DNA from: Lingula anatina
Taxonomy: Eukaryota > Animalia > Brachiopoda
Direction: 5' to 3'
Assembly (NCBI GenBank): GCA_051362555.1
Contig: CM120640.1
Span: 17,360,001 to 17,424,000 of the forward strand
Length of the DNA stretch: 64,000 bases
The notes below the pieces were generated by a model. It was given only the letters and a program-made list of their open reading frames with translations, ran no database searches and was not told the DNA's origin. Shown piece after piece: positions 1 through 14,000 of the stretch (position 1 is its first letter; each line of letters begins with the position of its first letter). The position numbers were made by a program, and so were the translations under genes.

Positions 1-3000
1 AAAAGAAAAGAATTCCGTGGCAAGCTGGCCATTGCTATCACAGCCAACTTCATCAATAGGCACACCCAGCAAGAGGCCAGTGTGGAGGAGATCAGTGGCG
101 TGGCCTTCATATTCAACCAGAAATTCTTTCTTGATCTCAAGTCAAACACTGGCATAGACCTGGAGAATATAGTGTATTACAAAGATGACACACATTACTT
201 TGTTATGACAGCAAAAAAGCAGAGTCTGTTAGACAAGGGGGTGCTGAGACAGGTATGGGATTTTCAGTTTTAATGTATGTGATTTTGTAAATGTTTCTAT
301 TATTATTTTAACAAAACATTAATACCGTAATATTTGTCTGTTGTATGTGCTAGCATTTATTTTGTTATACTTTAAACATTAAAATTTTATCCTTGTTGAT
401 TTTTTGCAAGAAATTGAAATATTACTTGTGAATTCAATTTCTAGTAGAAAAGTTTATGGTTTATTGTAAGTATATTATCAAATACAATTCCAGGATCACA
501 ACGATACCATACAGCTGTTGTCTAGAGAGAATATAGATCAGAGCAAACTATTGGCCTATGCCACAGAGGCTGCCAATGTATCCACCAATTACAAGCTCCC
601 TAACTTGGAGTTTGCACATAACCATTATGGACAACCAGATGTGGCCATCTTTGATTTTACATCGATGTTTGCTGCTGAGCATTCCTCCAAAGTAATAGAA
701 AGGCAAGGTCACAAGTTACTTATTGGAATAGTGGGAGACAGCTTGCTAGAGGTAAACAGAAGGCAATTCCTATTTGAAACAATATGAGCACCAGCTTTTA
801 TAACTACTATGTGACATTTTGGCTTTTCAGATCATAGCTTTCAATAAATGGCAGTAACATCTTTAGATAAATTTTAAATCCTAAAATGGATTTTGTTGAT
901 GAATTAAATTTGCAATTGTATTTTGATTAAATTGCTTAAATAACTTAAAAAGTTATCGTTAAAATTACCTATCCTTATGCCTTAAATCTTATTTCTTAAA
1001 CAGTTCTCTAAATTATAGTTTTGCCAACTTTGCTTTTCAGCCATTCTGGCCTATAGGCTCTGGCTGTGCCCGTGGCTTCTTGGGATGTCTGGATGCTGCA
1101 TGGATGATAAGAAGCTGGGCTTCTGGCAGAAAGACTCCACTGGAAGTCCTGGCTGAGAGGGAAACTATTTATCAGCTGTTGTCACAGACAACGCCAGAAA
1201 ATCTGAATAAAAACTTCAATGCATACAGCATCGATCCTACCACAAGGTATGGCTTGAGAAAATGTTTCGACTTTAAAGAAATTTAATTAAAATTCTTCTG
1301 TCTATGAGTTCCTACAAAGAAGTTTTTCATGGCTTCTAAATTAGATTTGTAAATGAATTGTTATGGTCAGTATCAGAAAATACATCTGTGTGAATGTAGT
1401 TTTCTTCTAAGAGTATAATATGAAACATGGCATATCATATACAGAACAAATAGTCCATGCCAGTATTATTTTATATGCTATAAAAGAATTTAATTCAAAG
1501 TTACTTTTGAATTTGTAATTGTTGAAGTAGAACCTGTAACTTTATCTGCTAGATACCCCAAATTGAACATCACCCAGAAGCCATACCAAGTACGTAACCT
1601 GTATGATTGCTTGGACTCCACCTATAAAGATGAAGTGGTAGAGGTCCCACACAAGAGAACCAAAACGTATGGTAAGTGAAGAGTGCAAATGAAAAGTAAG
1701 GTTAAAAATGTCTCTGGTAGATGAGGAACTACATATTGTGCACATTGAGGACTGAAAATGATTTTGTAAAAAAAATATATATACTATCTGTGAATTAAGA
1801 TAAAAAGGACACTTAATTTGTAAAGACTGTAACTGTTTCTGATTAATCTTTGTAGCATGCATATCTTACAGCCAAATAATAATGATTGTTTTAGATTTTG
1901 TGACAAGCCGGGGTTTGTTAAAATGCTTTTTTGAATTTTTTTTTGAAGAACAATTACAGATTTATCTTGTGGGTGGCATACTGTCAAAAGTATATGATGA
2001 TTGTTAAAAAGTAAGTTGTTTCTAAAGAGCCAGAATATGTTTTCTACATGCACAATGTTTTGACCCTTCATCAGAGTGCCTTGATCACATGCCTGATTTC
2101 GACGAAAGCTCCAAGTCAATGATTAAACTTATTTCATGGATGCCATGACTGTTTCAGATTTTGTGATAGATAGTGAGCGTTTGTTGAAGTGGTGCCAGAA
2201 GAAGCTGGAGCACTATAAAGAGTTGGTCCAGGTCACTGATCTGACCACCTCATGGAAGAATGGCATGGCCCTGTGTATACTAATACACCACTACAGGCCA
2301 CAGTTGATGTAAGTTATGTGCGTGTGTGCATGCGTGTGTGTGAGAGAGAGAGAGCAGGCACAAGTAGCTGTGGATGACATACACCTTGCTGATATTTGGA
2401 GCGTCTGGCTTATACTATGTTGGATGATGAGAACCAAAGACCCAGATTTGGTATATCTCACAGTTATTCAAGTCATGTATGTGTGAGACATGTCTGGGTC
2501 ATTGGTTCTTCGTCCTGGCCATAGTGTAAGTCTTTATAATAGATTTGTGTTAAATAAAGCACGTCATGAGGATTTCAGTTTTGCCATTGACTCCAATATA
2601 AATTTTGGCTTTGCTAATGTTGCCAGCACTTGTCCAGTTCTCATTAATTTTTTTGTAAAGTGAATTCATCATCAGACGAGTTTCTGTTAAGTGCGTTTTG
2701 TACATTGTATGACACTTTGATGTGATGCAACAAAAATCTTTTCTTTACAGCGATGTTTACTCTTTGAATCCAGAAAATGCTGCTGAAAATAACCAGTTGG
2801 TAAGGGTTTTTTGTTATGTTTTTATATCTTAATTTCTAGATTCAAAACTAGATTTCATGATTGTCCAATTTTTAAATGAACATTTAGTAATAATATGGCA
2901 GATGTTTAATGTGAAATTATTAACCAAGTTTTTACTCTATAAATTGATCCAACTGTCTTATTTCCAGTTTGATACTGTTATTTTGTTCTTATATAGTTAT

Positions 3001-6000
3001 TGTGTGATGTAAAAGTGGAGTGTTCTGCCTATCTTACAGGCATTTGATATAGCAGAGAAGGAGCTGGGTATCCTCCCTGTTATGACTGGACAGGACATGG
3101 CCAGCTGTGACATTCCTGACAAACTCAGCATGGTCTCTTACATATCTCAATTCCATGGGCTCTTCAAGAAAGAAAAGTCTGTCAAATGTAAGTATAAGAG
3201 ACATGTCCAGTTGTATCAATACTGACCGAGTATGAATTTATCAACTCTGAACAATTTTTGAATATAAGTGAGATGTTCTAGATCAATGTCTGATGTATAT
3301 TTTATTCTCATCATCTCAGCACCTGGCCCAGAAAAAAGCAAACCCAGTCCGTTCACCACCACTCAAGAGTCCGCTCCTCCACCAAGGATCAAATCTCCCA
3401 CTCAGAGGATGTCTTTCTTCTCAAGACTTGGACAGAAACTTTCCAGGAAAAAACATGTAAGTGACACTGCTACATAATCAGTACTGTGACAGTAGAAGTA
3501 CAACTGAAACATGATATTGGAAAATTATTATTTTTAGATTTGAAAGCTGGAAATGCACTAAACATAACATTTTTAGAGTAGGATTATCCCATTAGGAAAA
3601 GAAATCATACAAATTACAAGGAAAGTAAGATATTTTTGTGGAGAGATAGGGAAATGATAACTTCATCCTGCTGTTTGTGTTAACTTGTCTTCTCATAAAT
3701 ATGTATATTTTTAACAGGAAAGGAAAGAAGAAAAGGAAAACAAAGAAACTGGAGAAGAATCTCTAACCTTTGGTCAGAGCAAGAAAAGGTCCAGAGATAC
3801 TAAAGACACTACAGTAAGTCTACACTTGACACCATGTAGTGAAGAATTGTTAATAATATATTACTGGTTGTCGTTGTAGCTAAACTTAATGTGTTTGCAA
3901 CCAGTCCATACTTAGTCTAAACTCTTACAACAGTGAGACATTGTAAAAATTGGCATTATTTTAAAAAACAAAAGTCAAAATTTTTGTTGTGACTTGGCAC
4001 AAGATTGCTGTGCCCAGGAGTTGTTTCACGGATTACACTGTCAGCACTATAAAACAATAATAATAATAATGTATTATTCCAGGATGGAGAAGTTGCACTG
4101 AAAAAATTCAACAAGTTTGACAATGTGGATAAACAACTACATGACGCCTCTAAGCACCTTGCAAAAGGAAATCTGGCCAACCTGGATGTGGGCGTGAAGG
4201 GCAATAATAAAGTCAGTGCCCTGGCAGACAAGTTATTTAAAAATGTCCAAGCAGCCAATGAGATGCCAGGTAGACCAGAATATAAGAAACAGGTATGAAC
4301 CATTTGAATAAACCATTTTGTTGAAATTCAAATTAAGATAGGGAGATAATTTAAAAGTAGTGTAAATTTTTTGTTAGAGTAACAAGGTTTGAGAAAAAAT
4401 CAACTTGTTTCAATTAGTATATTGTAATGAAATGCAGCCCCATTTAACTCACATACACCACAGAAATAGTGATTTTGTACAATGTTAATGTAATTATAAG
4501 ATAATTAATAAAATGGAATAATATAATGCTGGAGGTGTGACTTGTTTGCAGGTTTCTGGGCTTCCAATCAACCATAACAATACAACCAGCGATTTCTGCT
4601 ACTTCTGCCAGAAGCGGGTGTACCTGATGGAGCGGCAAAGTGCAGAGGGCATCTTCTTCCACAGGGGCTGTCTCAAGTGTGCCTACTGTGGCTTTAGTCT
4701 TCGAATAGGAAACTATGCTTTTGAGAAAACCCCTAAAGGAGAATGTAAGTGTGCACATGTGCATGTATATTAAAGTTAAAGTTATAAAAAACTATATTTT
4801 AAATATTAAAAATTAAAGTGTATGTCAGTACAATTTGTTACAGTATGGAAGGTATTGCTTTGTTGAATGCATTTTGGCTGTCTGACTTCATGATGTATTT
4901 TCTTTTGCTTTCAGCCAAGTTTTACTGTTACCAGCATTTAGGAATGAAGAAGAGAGAGAGAAGGAAGAGAAGTTTTACAGAGGTAATCATTTTGTCCAAT
5001 ATTGACATACTTTTTGCAGTTGGTACTGTTATGTGATAAGCATGAAATGTGTAATTGTTTGAACATCACAGATTTATACTCTGTGTATGAATGCCAAATG
5101 TTTTCAGTCTCGTGCTTTAGGTGTCTACTCTAATTGAACATAAAACATCAGTTTAAAACTATGTTTAATAATGGGCTATATAGACATTGACAATAATATT
5201 ATGATTAGTTTAAATGTGATTTTATTTTCTTGTGAAGGAGGAAGAGCTGCCAAAGATGGAAAAGAAAATGTCAATAAAAGGTAAGCGTTGTCTGTTATTC
5301 AAAACTGATTCTTTTTAGAAGAAGGAGATATACATATATATATTAGTGTTTAGCTAAGGAGATCCAAATATGTTGTATGCACATTATTTAGAGAGGATAA
5401 ACTAAGTATAAACTAAATTGTAACTCAACATGATATACTTACATACTATGTACTTAAAGATACTAATGTATACGTGCTATGTATATTTTAGGTTTAGACC
5501 CTGATGCAGTGAAGAACACCGAGACACCAGAGAGGATAGAGTTTGAGTACAGCATTGATAACCTGGAGGAAGATGAAGAAAGGCAGACGGAACACAACCT
5601 CAGAGCATCACTTAGTGCAGAGTGTCTGTTAGAAGAGGGGGATGAGTCAGAGAGTGAAGAGTAAGTTTCTGTGACATAATATGATGGACTTGATTTAAAA
5701 TGGAATAGTCTGTACACTTATTTCTGATCAAAGTTCAAAGTTGATGCAGTGTATGGGTGTATAAATAGCCAACATTTTCAGTGTCTTTGTTTCCAGTATG
5801 AAAGAAGCTTACAAGTTAGTTCCAGTCATAGCAGCCTACAGTTCCACTCAGGGTTCAACTAATGTGAAGAGCACATTGACTGGATGACATCTGTTTTGCA
5901 GAATATTTCATGATATTTAAACTTTCAGCTGGTTTCATAAATTTTAAGTTACAGTAATGAGTCACTTTGAAAATATTCAAGTAAAAGTAAACCAACTCTT

Positions 6001-7968
6001 CCCTTAAAAGCACAATCTTGACCAAGATTTCTTTTGCAGTTCTTTCGTTCTGGATAAAATGATGAAGTTAATATTTCCTGTTTTCAGTGATGAACTTTCC
6101 AGTGAGCATGAAAGTGACTACATGTCACAGGATGAAATCAACGCCTTTTTGGGGTGGGTAATAAGCTTAGGTGGCGCCACTTGCTGTTGTCAAGGAAGCA
6201 GTGTTGCTTTCCTGTCCATGTGTGCTACAATGCATCCTCCTTTGGTTTTGGTTCTGTAGCAGCCAGCATGGACTTAAATCCATTGATTATTTTGATCATT
6301 TGTAATCAGCATGGTTTATAATCGATTCTGATAATGTGTTTGATTGTATCTAGATTTTCCTCCCTTGCATGCTTTTATTCCGTGATCAGTTGTCACTTTT
6401 CATTTTTACTGTTGATCACTGTAAAAATGTTTTAGTGTTTTTTTTTCCCAGATGATCACACTGTCACTGTCACTGTGGCAATTTCTCATTGACTCTGATT
6501 AGCACCCTTGCCCTGCCTTTTGCACCCATTTATCATTGCTTTTCCTCTAAATTTTTATCTACCATTTAAGTAATGTGATCTGTTGAAAAATGTATAATTC
6601 CAAAAGCTTACTTTTGCCCATCTTTCAGCAAAAAACAGCTGAAATGTTGTGATCCAGCTGCTTGCTTAATACTGAAGCAATATTTTACTCCTGTGTTGTT
6701 TTTTATGTACAGACACAGATGTGTCTGTACATATTGCCATCACCTGCGTCTGTCGTCGCCGTCGCCGTCGCCGATCATGTCGCCGTCGCCGTGCACTTTC
6801 AGCGTTAACACCATAAGTGGAAGACAGTTTTACTTTTTGCTTTTATATTAACAGAGCTGACTAATATTCATAAAACGCAGGTCAAGTTCGAAAATCAGCA
6901 TGATCGGGCCATTATTGAAGAATTTATGCTGTTTTTTCACTTTTTAGCATATATGCAACACTGTTAACACATTTCAAGGAAAACCGATAGGCCTGTTGTC
7001 ATGAAACTCACAGGAATAATCAATCTTACTTAAACACAGATCAAGTTCGAAAATCGGCATGATCGGGCCACTATTTTAGTAGTTATGCTGTTTTTTCACT
7101 TTTCAGCATATATGCAACACTGTTAACACATTTCAAGGAAAACCGATAGACCTGTTGTCATGAAACTCACAGGAGTAATCAGTCTTACTAAAATGCAGGT
7201 CAAGTTCGAAAATCAGCATAATCGGGCCATTATTTTATAAGTTATGCTGTTTTTTCACATTTCCTCATATTCAATTCTTAGGCATGTTAACAGTCTCATT
7301 ATTTAACTAATAAGATTCGTAAAAGTGTTTGTTTGACATTTCCTGCATCTTTACAACATTGTTAGTTGATTATGTAAAAATGATGGTAAACTTGTCATCA
7401 TGTATTGTAAAATAGAGTTTCAAAAATGGAAAAAAAAAACTCATATCATTGCAGTTTGTCAGATTCATTCATTCACTATGTTCAGAAACTCAGAATGGAG
7501 GAAATTGGACATTAAACACTGTTCTATTGATATTTTTCCCATCTCATCAATTTTCTAAGTTGATCATATAAAAATGGCAGTAAATTGTTAATTTTGTTAT
7601 ATGTTAAAAAATTGTTAAAAATGAAAAAAAAACATTTCAGGACAGTGCTGTCTTGTCTACATTTTGGCATTTTGAAGGTATGACTTTGAAGTTCCTTGGG
7701 TCTGAAGACCTTTGCTAGGCACATTTTCTGAATATCCATGATACTAATATTTTATTATTAAAAATTGATGGTTATTATCCTGTTAAACATTATGTAATAT
7801 TGCATCAAAATTTGAAGAAACCCCTATTTTTGGCACTGCTCCCATGATGACCATTTAAGGAAAACCTGTCATTACTGTTCTCAAACTTACAGGATAGAAA
7901 CATGGGACATGAATAAAGCTTCAGTGGCCAATGCAGTCTGTTTGGTAAATTTTTCTGGCAGTTAAACT

Positions 7969-8003
<35 letters not shown>

Positions 8004-11000
8004 TGAAAATTTAATTTTTATCTATTGGCATTTTCAAGGTGTGACTTAAGAACCTCCACGAGCTTGAAGACCCATGCTAATCACATTTTCTGAAAATCCA
8101 TGATACAGATCTTTAATATTAAAAACTGAGGGTCATTCTGCTGTTAAGCATTATGTAATATTGCATTAAAATAGAAGAAAACACAATTTTGGGTGCTGCT
8201 GCCATGATGACCATTATGGGAAAACCATGTTACTTATGATTGTCAAACTTTCAAAAAAGAAACTAAAGACTAAAATGCAGCCTGAGTTGGAAAAGCAGTC
8301 TAATTGGCTTCTTTTTCTGGAAGTTATACATTTTAGTAAAATATTCACTTTTATCATGTTGGCATATTTATTGTGGGACTCGAAGCTCCCATGGCCATAA
8401 AGCCAAATGGTAATCAAATTTTCTACATGCCCATGCTATTTATAGTCAATAATCAAAAATTGGTGATAATTATTCTGTAATTTATTATGTAATGTTACAT
8501 CAAAATTGACAAAAATCTTTTTGCACTGCTACTACAAACATTATGAAAAGAGACTGTATTACTTATTATTATTTTCAACTTACAAGTATGATTTGTAGGA
8601 TTGGCATGCAGTTCAAATAAGAAAGCCAGCTCAAATGGGTTATCATTTATTATTGAATTTAAGCAGTTTTATGTGAAATTTTCATTTTTCTCATTCTGGC
8701 ATTTTCAAAGTGTGAACTTAAACTTCCATGGGCCTGAAGCCTTACGCTTGTTACACATTTCACTTACATTGGTATTACCTGTTGAGCATAATTAAAATTT
8801 GATGTTGAATTTGCAGTTAAGCATAATGTACTTTTGCATCAGAATTGACAGTAGCCTATTTTGTGCATTGTTATTGTCTGCTTTTTGTCTGTACATTTGA
8901 CAGCTTTGCTGCCTTGTTTATTTATACTTTTTGTGTTGACATACATAATTGTTTGCATATTATAATACTAATTTTAACACAAATCTGCATCTTTCAGGTG
9001 AACCATATCTGGTACCAAATTTTATATTAAGGTCATTTTGTTTAACAATTTCAGCTACCAAATGATTGCGATGAAGTTTTCAGTAACTTAATTTTAACAG
9101 AGCTTGCCATAGTTTTTCAGGAACATTTTCTTAGACAAAGTGATGGGCAGATGCATTAATTAGCCCATCACATATCTATATATGCTACCTCACATTGATT
9201 TGTATGTGATATAATACTCAAAGATTTAGTCGCGTGTGACATTATGATTGGTGTAGTAACAGCATGATCCATATGCATTCCACATATTTTTGGTACGATT
9301 GCCACAAATGATTCACATAGTGCATATTCAGTCAACGTATTCACATAACTTAATAGATATGTTTTGAAAAAGAAAAATCATTTTAAGCAGCTGTTACATG
9401 AACTTGACTTTGGAAAAACATGCAATAACTGAGTGGTTATTATATTCTGGATTTCTATCTTCAGTTTTAAGAGAAGAATTACACATTTTCCCAAATACTA
9501 GAATAGAAAAGTGTAGAAATTTTCTGTAACTGTATACCCACTTTATGTATTCAGTATAGAGGACAGTTACAGGTGGACCCCTGTGACTACAACTATTATA
9601 CCAGAGCGTATAGAATATGAATACAGTATGGGAGAGACTGATGTAGAAGAAGGAGAGGAGGAGCAGACATCATACAATTTAGGTGCCATGCTAAGTCGCA
9701 CTGAAAGCATGGATGACATAGATGAAGAAGGGGAGCTGTCTGAGGATGAGGATGAGGAGCTGAAAGAGGTTGTCAGCTCTGAGGATGAGGAGTAAGTGAC
9801 AGCACCACCCTCTCTGACTCCTCACACACCTCAGCATGATGTAGGAGTAATTGGGTGCATTACCAGAGCCTGCCCAATACTTTGTTAGTGGGGTGCTTTG
9901 ATGGAAACTGTATTTGTAGGGATACCTTAACCTGTAGACAATATTGATAGCAATGAAAAGCTGTTTTAGTGGATACTTTTAATAGAAAAAAAATACTCTT
10001 TAATAATCCATTTTTTGGGGACTTACAGTTCAATTTCTTTTCTTTAACTCTTTCATACCACTTGATTGTTTCTCTTTATAGTTCTTTACTTTTATTAGAC
10101 TAACAGGTCTTTTCGTATTTAACCCACTGTTTCTTCTTGCATGTGTAGTACCGTCTCTGAGCTGTCTAGTATTCACACTGGTGAGCACCTCTCAGAGGAT
10201 GAACTCTGGGAATTCTTAGGGTATGTACATGCTGTCACACCCAACACAATGCCACAACAAGCATACACTCACACCTAAAACAATCACGACAAAGCTTGCC
10301 CCTGCTGGCCTGCCGTGAATTGTGCTTTTCAATTTTCAGCTCCAAATCTCAGCATGTAATCTTCTGAAGGTTGAAATTGTTGCTTTCTTCTTATGCTGGC
10401 TATGCCCTTTCAGTCCAAAACCGGTTCTGCCATATGAACCAGATTTTGTTCAAGGTGATTATAGATTCTTTCAGCACAGTGAAAGACCTTGATTGGGCAA
10501 TTGCGATTTTAATATCAGATGAGGCATTAAAAAGTACCAACCTCTTTGCTTGTTGGAACATGAATGTTCATAATGAGACATTGAATGCATGGATTTCCAA
10601 TACTGTTGCTTTGTTGCACTGTAAGAAAGTATCACTAGTTATAGTTTTTGAAAGGTTACTATAGTCATTTATGTTGTAAATAAGACCAAATGAGATTGTA
10701 AGCTTCTCATGATCCAAAACTGTTATACAAAATACTCAACTACTATATATAATATATACATTTTTATTGTCCCTAAGCTTACTTATTAGCTTTAAAAGCT
10801 TTTTATGCAAATATCTTGCTTGACAGGTTAATTTAAAAAGTAACTCACAGTAAGTATGATATTTTTTTCTCTTTAAACAATTTGTAGGTAGTATATAATC
10901 TAAAATTAAGTAAATCTTTATTTTTAATTAACTTTAATGTAATCTTCTCTTTTTCTTTTCCCTTCCTTTAACCCCCCCCCCCCCCTTTCCTTATTAAGTA

Positions 11001-14000
11001 GCAGTGAGAATGAGGAGTTGGGTCTGACCTACGCTGAGGAGATGGTCTTGTCCATGACTGACTTTATGTTGGAACATGTCGATGTTGATAGCAATGCCTC
11101 TGATGGTAGCACCGGGTGTGCAGAGGCCTTAAACACTTGTGGTTCCGATGCTGAGGCGAAACTAGATCCTAATGCAGAATTAGGAATTGATGCTAACTGT
11201 GAAACTGCTTTTAATCCAGACTTAACTGGCACATCTGTCAAAGAAATAGTGGTGAATTCTAATGCAGAGTTAGCAGACAGATCTGGTGTAGAGATAGAGA
11301 TGCACTCTAATACAAACTCACACTTAGTGGTCAAACCTGATTTAGGGACAGAAGTTCTCTCTGATATGGAAATTCTTGATAATTCTGATGTTGCAGTGTA
11401 TCCCGGGCCTTGTTTAGGGTTGGATCCTTCTTCAAGCTTGGAGTCGTGTGCAAGTTCTGGCACAGAATTGCATATAAGCTCAGATGCTGAGATCGAGGAC
11501 TGTCCCAGTGCTGAATTGCACTCAGAAATGAAGGAGACTCTTGATGATCATGAGATAGATAAAGATACTGGGAATAATGTGCTCACCCCAATTTCTTTCA
11601 GTAATGAATTAGAGTCAGTTGTCAATCAAAATGCATTCATATATCCAATAAAATGCGTAATTCCCAAAAAAGACTCCCAGAATCACATAACTGAGAATAT
11701 TAGAGAAACAAATGAAGTACCTGAAACTACAGATCGAACTGCTGCAGTGCAGAGTGATGTGGAACTGACAGCAGATATAAAACAAAATGTCTCCCCATAT
11801 CCAGTTATAGTACCAAATGATAACTCCCAGTGTCAAACTACTGACAATATCCCAGAATTACAGAAATCTGCTTTAGTTAGTCAGGTTTCTGAGAATATTG
11901 ATGTCATAGATCAGGGAAATCAGAGTATTGATGAGGTTGTTGCAGTGTCATCTGATAAATCAGATTTAGCTGTAGAGCAAAAGAAATTCACATATCCAGT
12001 CGAAATAACTATTCCAAAACATGATTCTGAATCACCATCTCCTCCCGAGCTCAATAAAGAGCGAGAAGAGGCCGTGTTCCTCCTTAATGATGTGACGAGT
12101 TCGGGTCATGAATGGATAGATTACTTAGCCAGGAAGGTGGAGTCTCTTTTACGTCCCAGTGCCTTCCCCGCCACTGTTCTCATGCACGAGTTTAAAGTTA
12201 GACCTCGCAGGGATGATGAAGAAGATCATGAGAGTGACCTCTCTAGTTTTACGTAAGTGAACCTTGTTCTCTCACTTCTGTGCACACTCTGCAATAAAAA
12301 GAGGGGTCTTAATAGCTACAACCCAGTTCTCAGTGTTTTCAATAATATATATCGACATTGAAGAATTGAACAGATTTTGAAATTGTCTGTACAAAATGTG
12401 CAACAGTCAATCAAACATAAAAATTTAGGAAGTCATCTTGCTGAATCAGAATATCTTGTGGTTGAGAGAATTAGTACATCAGTTTATGCTACTGTGTTTT
12501 AGGCTCTCCAGGGATAACTTAGAATCTTTGACCGAGGACGAACTCTGGTCTTCATATTATGGGTGGGTATGGGAATGAAGTGTGGTGATGCCTTAGTTCC
12601 CCGTTGAATATTGACTGCTAACATCTAAACATCATACAATTTTTAAGTGAGGTATTTGTGCATCTTGTAGGTTGTCTATAGGTATGGGGTAGAAGCATTA
12701 TCAGTTTTTGTGGAGAAGATGCAGTGTTTATTTCTCCTAGAATTTCTACTAACAAATTATCTACTAAGTTCTCCATTGAATTTATGAATCCAGTTAAAGA
12801 CTGATGGGTTTCCTGGATTTGGGCTTTAAGTTATTTAAAGTAAGCAGCATGCAGAACATTGAAAATAGCACTTATCTAGTTTTGTCAAGTACAAGTTAAC
12901 AACCAGTGTCACGACACACATTTTATTTAGCATTTTAGATATCTGCATTGTATTCTGTTGTTGATTAAAAATCCATGGACTTGTGGTATTGGTTTACATT
13001 TTCTAAGACAGAGAGTAACTTTCCTTTGTTCATATTCTGTAGTAGTATTCACATCATAATGAGAAGACTTATTCTGATGCATATTTCCTTGATGAATTTC
13101 CATTGCGGAGGTATGTGTCGCTTTTGCATCTATTGAAAGATAGGTTTGCCCTACATGAAGCACTGCTTTAGTTCAGCATCTCATTTCCAAACTGAAAGTT
13201 TCATAGTGAGCAGATGTAATTGTACGTGGCATTTTTTGTGCAGTATTTGAAGCTTTGATAGCCCATAGCAAATCTCTCTCTTATTTGACTTAGCATGGCC
13301 AATGAGTGGCGTTGTTTTCTATGCATGAATGACCATTTTTTTTTTACATTGTGTTAGGTTTCTTTGAGGAATGCCTTTAGAATTCTGGTAAATTAAATGC
13401 AAAAAATAGTATGTAGCATATTCCTTTTTAAATGGCATCATTTTTCCTGTTTAGAAGTTTTTAAATATGCATTCTCTATTAGTAAGAATGTTAAGAATTA
13501 TACAGTAACCTTTTGCCTCCTTTCCTTACCAATGCATCTATTTTATTTTCTGGGACCAAATGAACTTCATTTTATAAGTAAGTTGAAGTCTTACTTTGTA
13601 CTTCTGTAAATGAAGAAATAATTTGGTTTTTGCTCAATGTGTCAGGGATGTTGAGGACAATGTGTCCACCAGTGGTCAGTACCTTGACAGTCTGTATTAT
13701 ACACCTGGACTTGACCGGTCAGTCAGGAGACCTGGACAACCCCCAACTTCATTGTGGTCAACCACTCCACCACCCCAAACCTCTCAGGTAGTTTCTCCAA
13801 CCAGTGCAGCAATGGCTAATGCCAGGAGAGCCTTCTTTTTCTCTCCCTCTGAGGGGGTCAGCTTTGATCCCAAAAACTTCCTGCCTGATCTACAGCCAAA
13901 GGAGCCTATTAAAGCTGAGGAAGAAGCAGTTCCTTGTAAAGGTATGCCAGATACACCATTAGATGGGATTGAAACATCTATTACCAGTTCAGAAAAAACT

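Noticed and set aside
7969-8002. Poly-T tract as a retroposon tail
   Set aside because: It lies at a T-rich position within a HINE internal repeat unit, with no TSD or adjoining SINE body.
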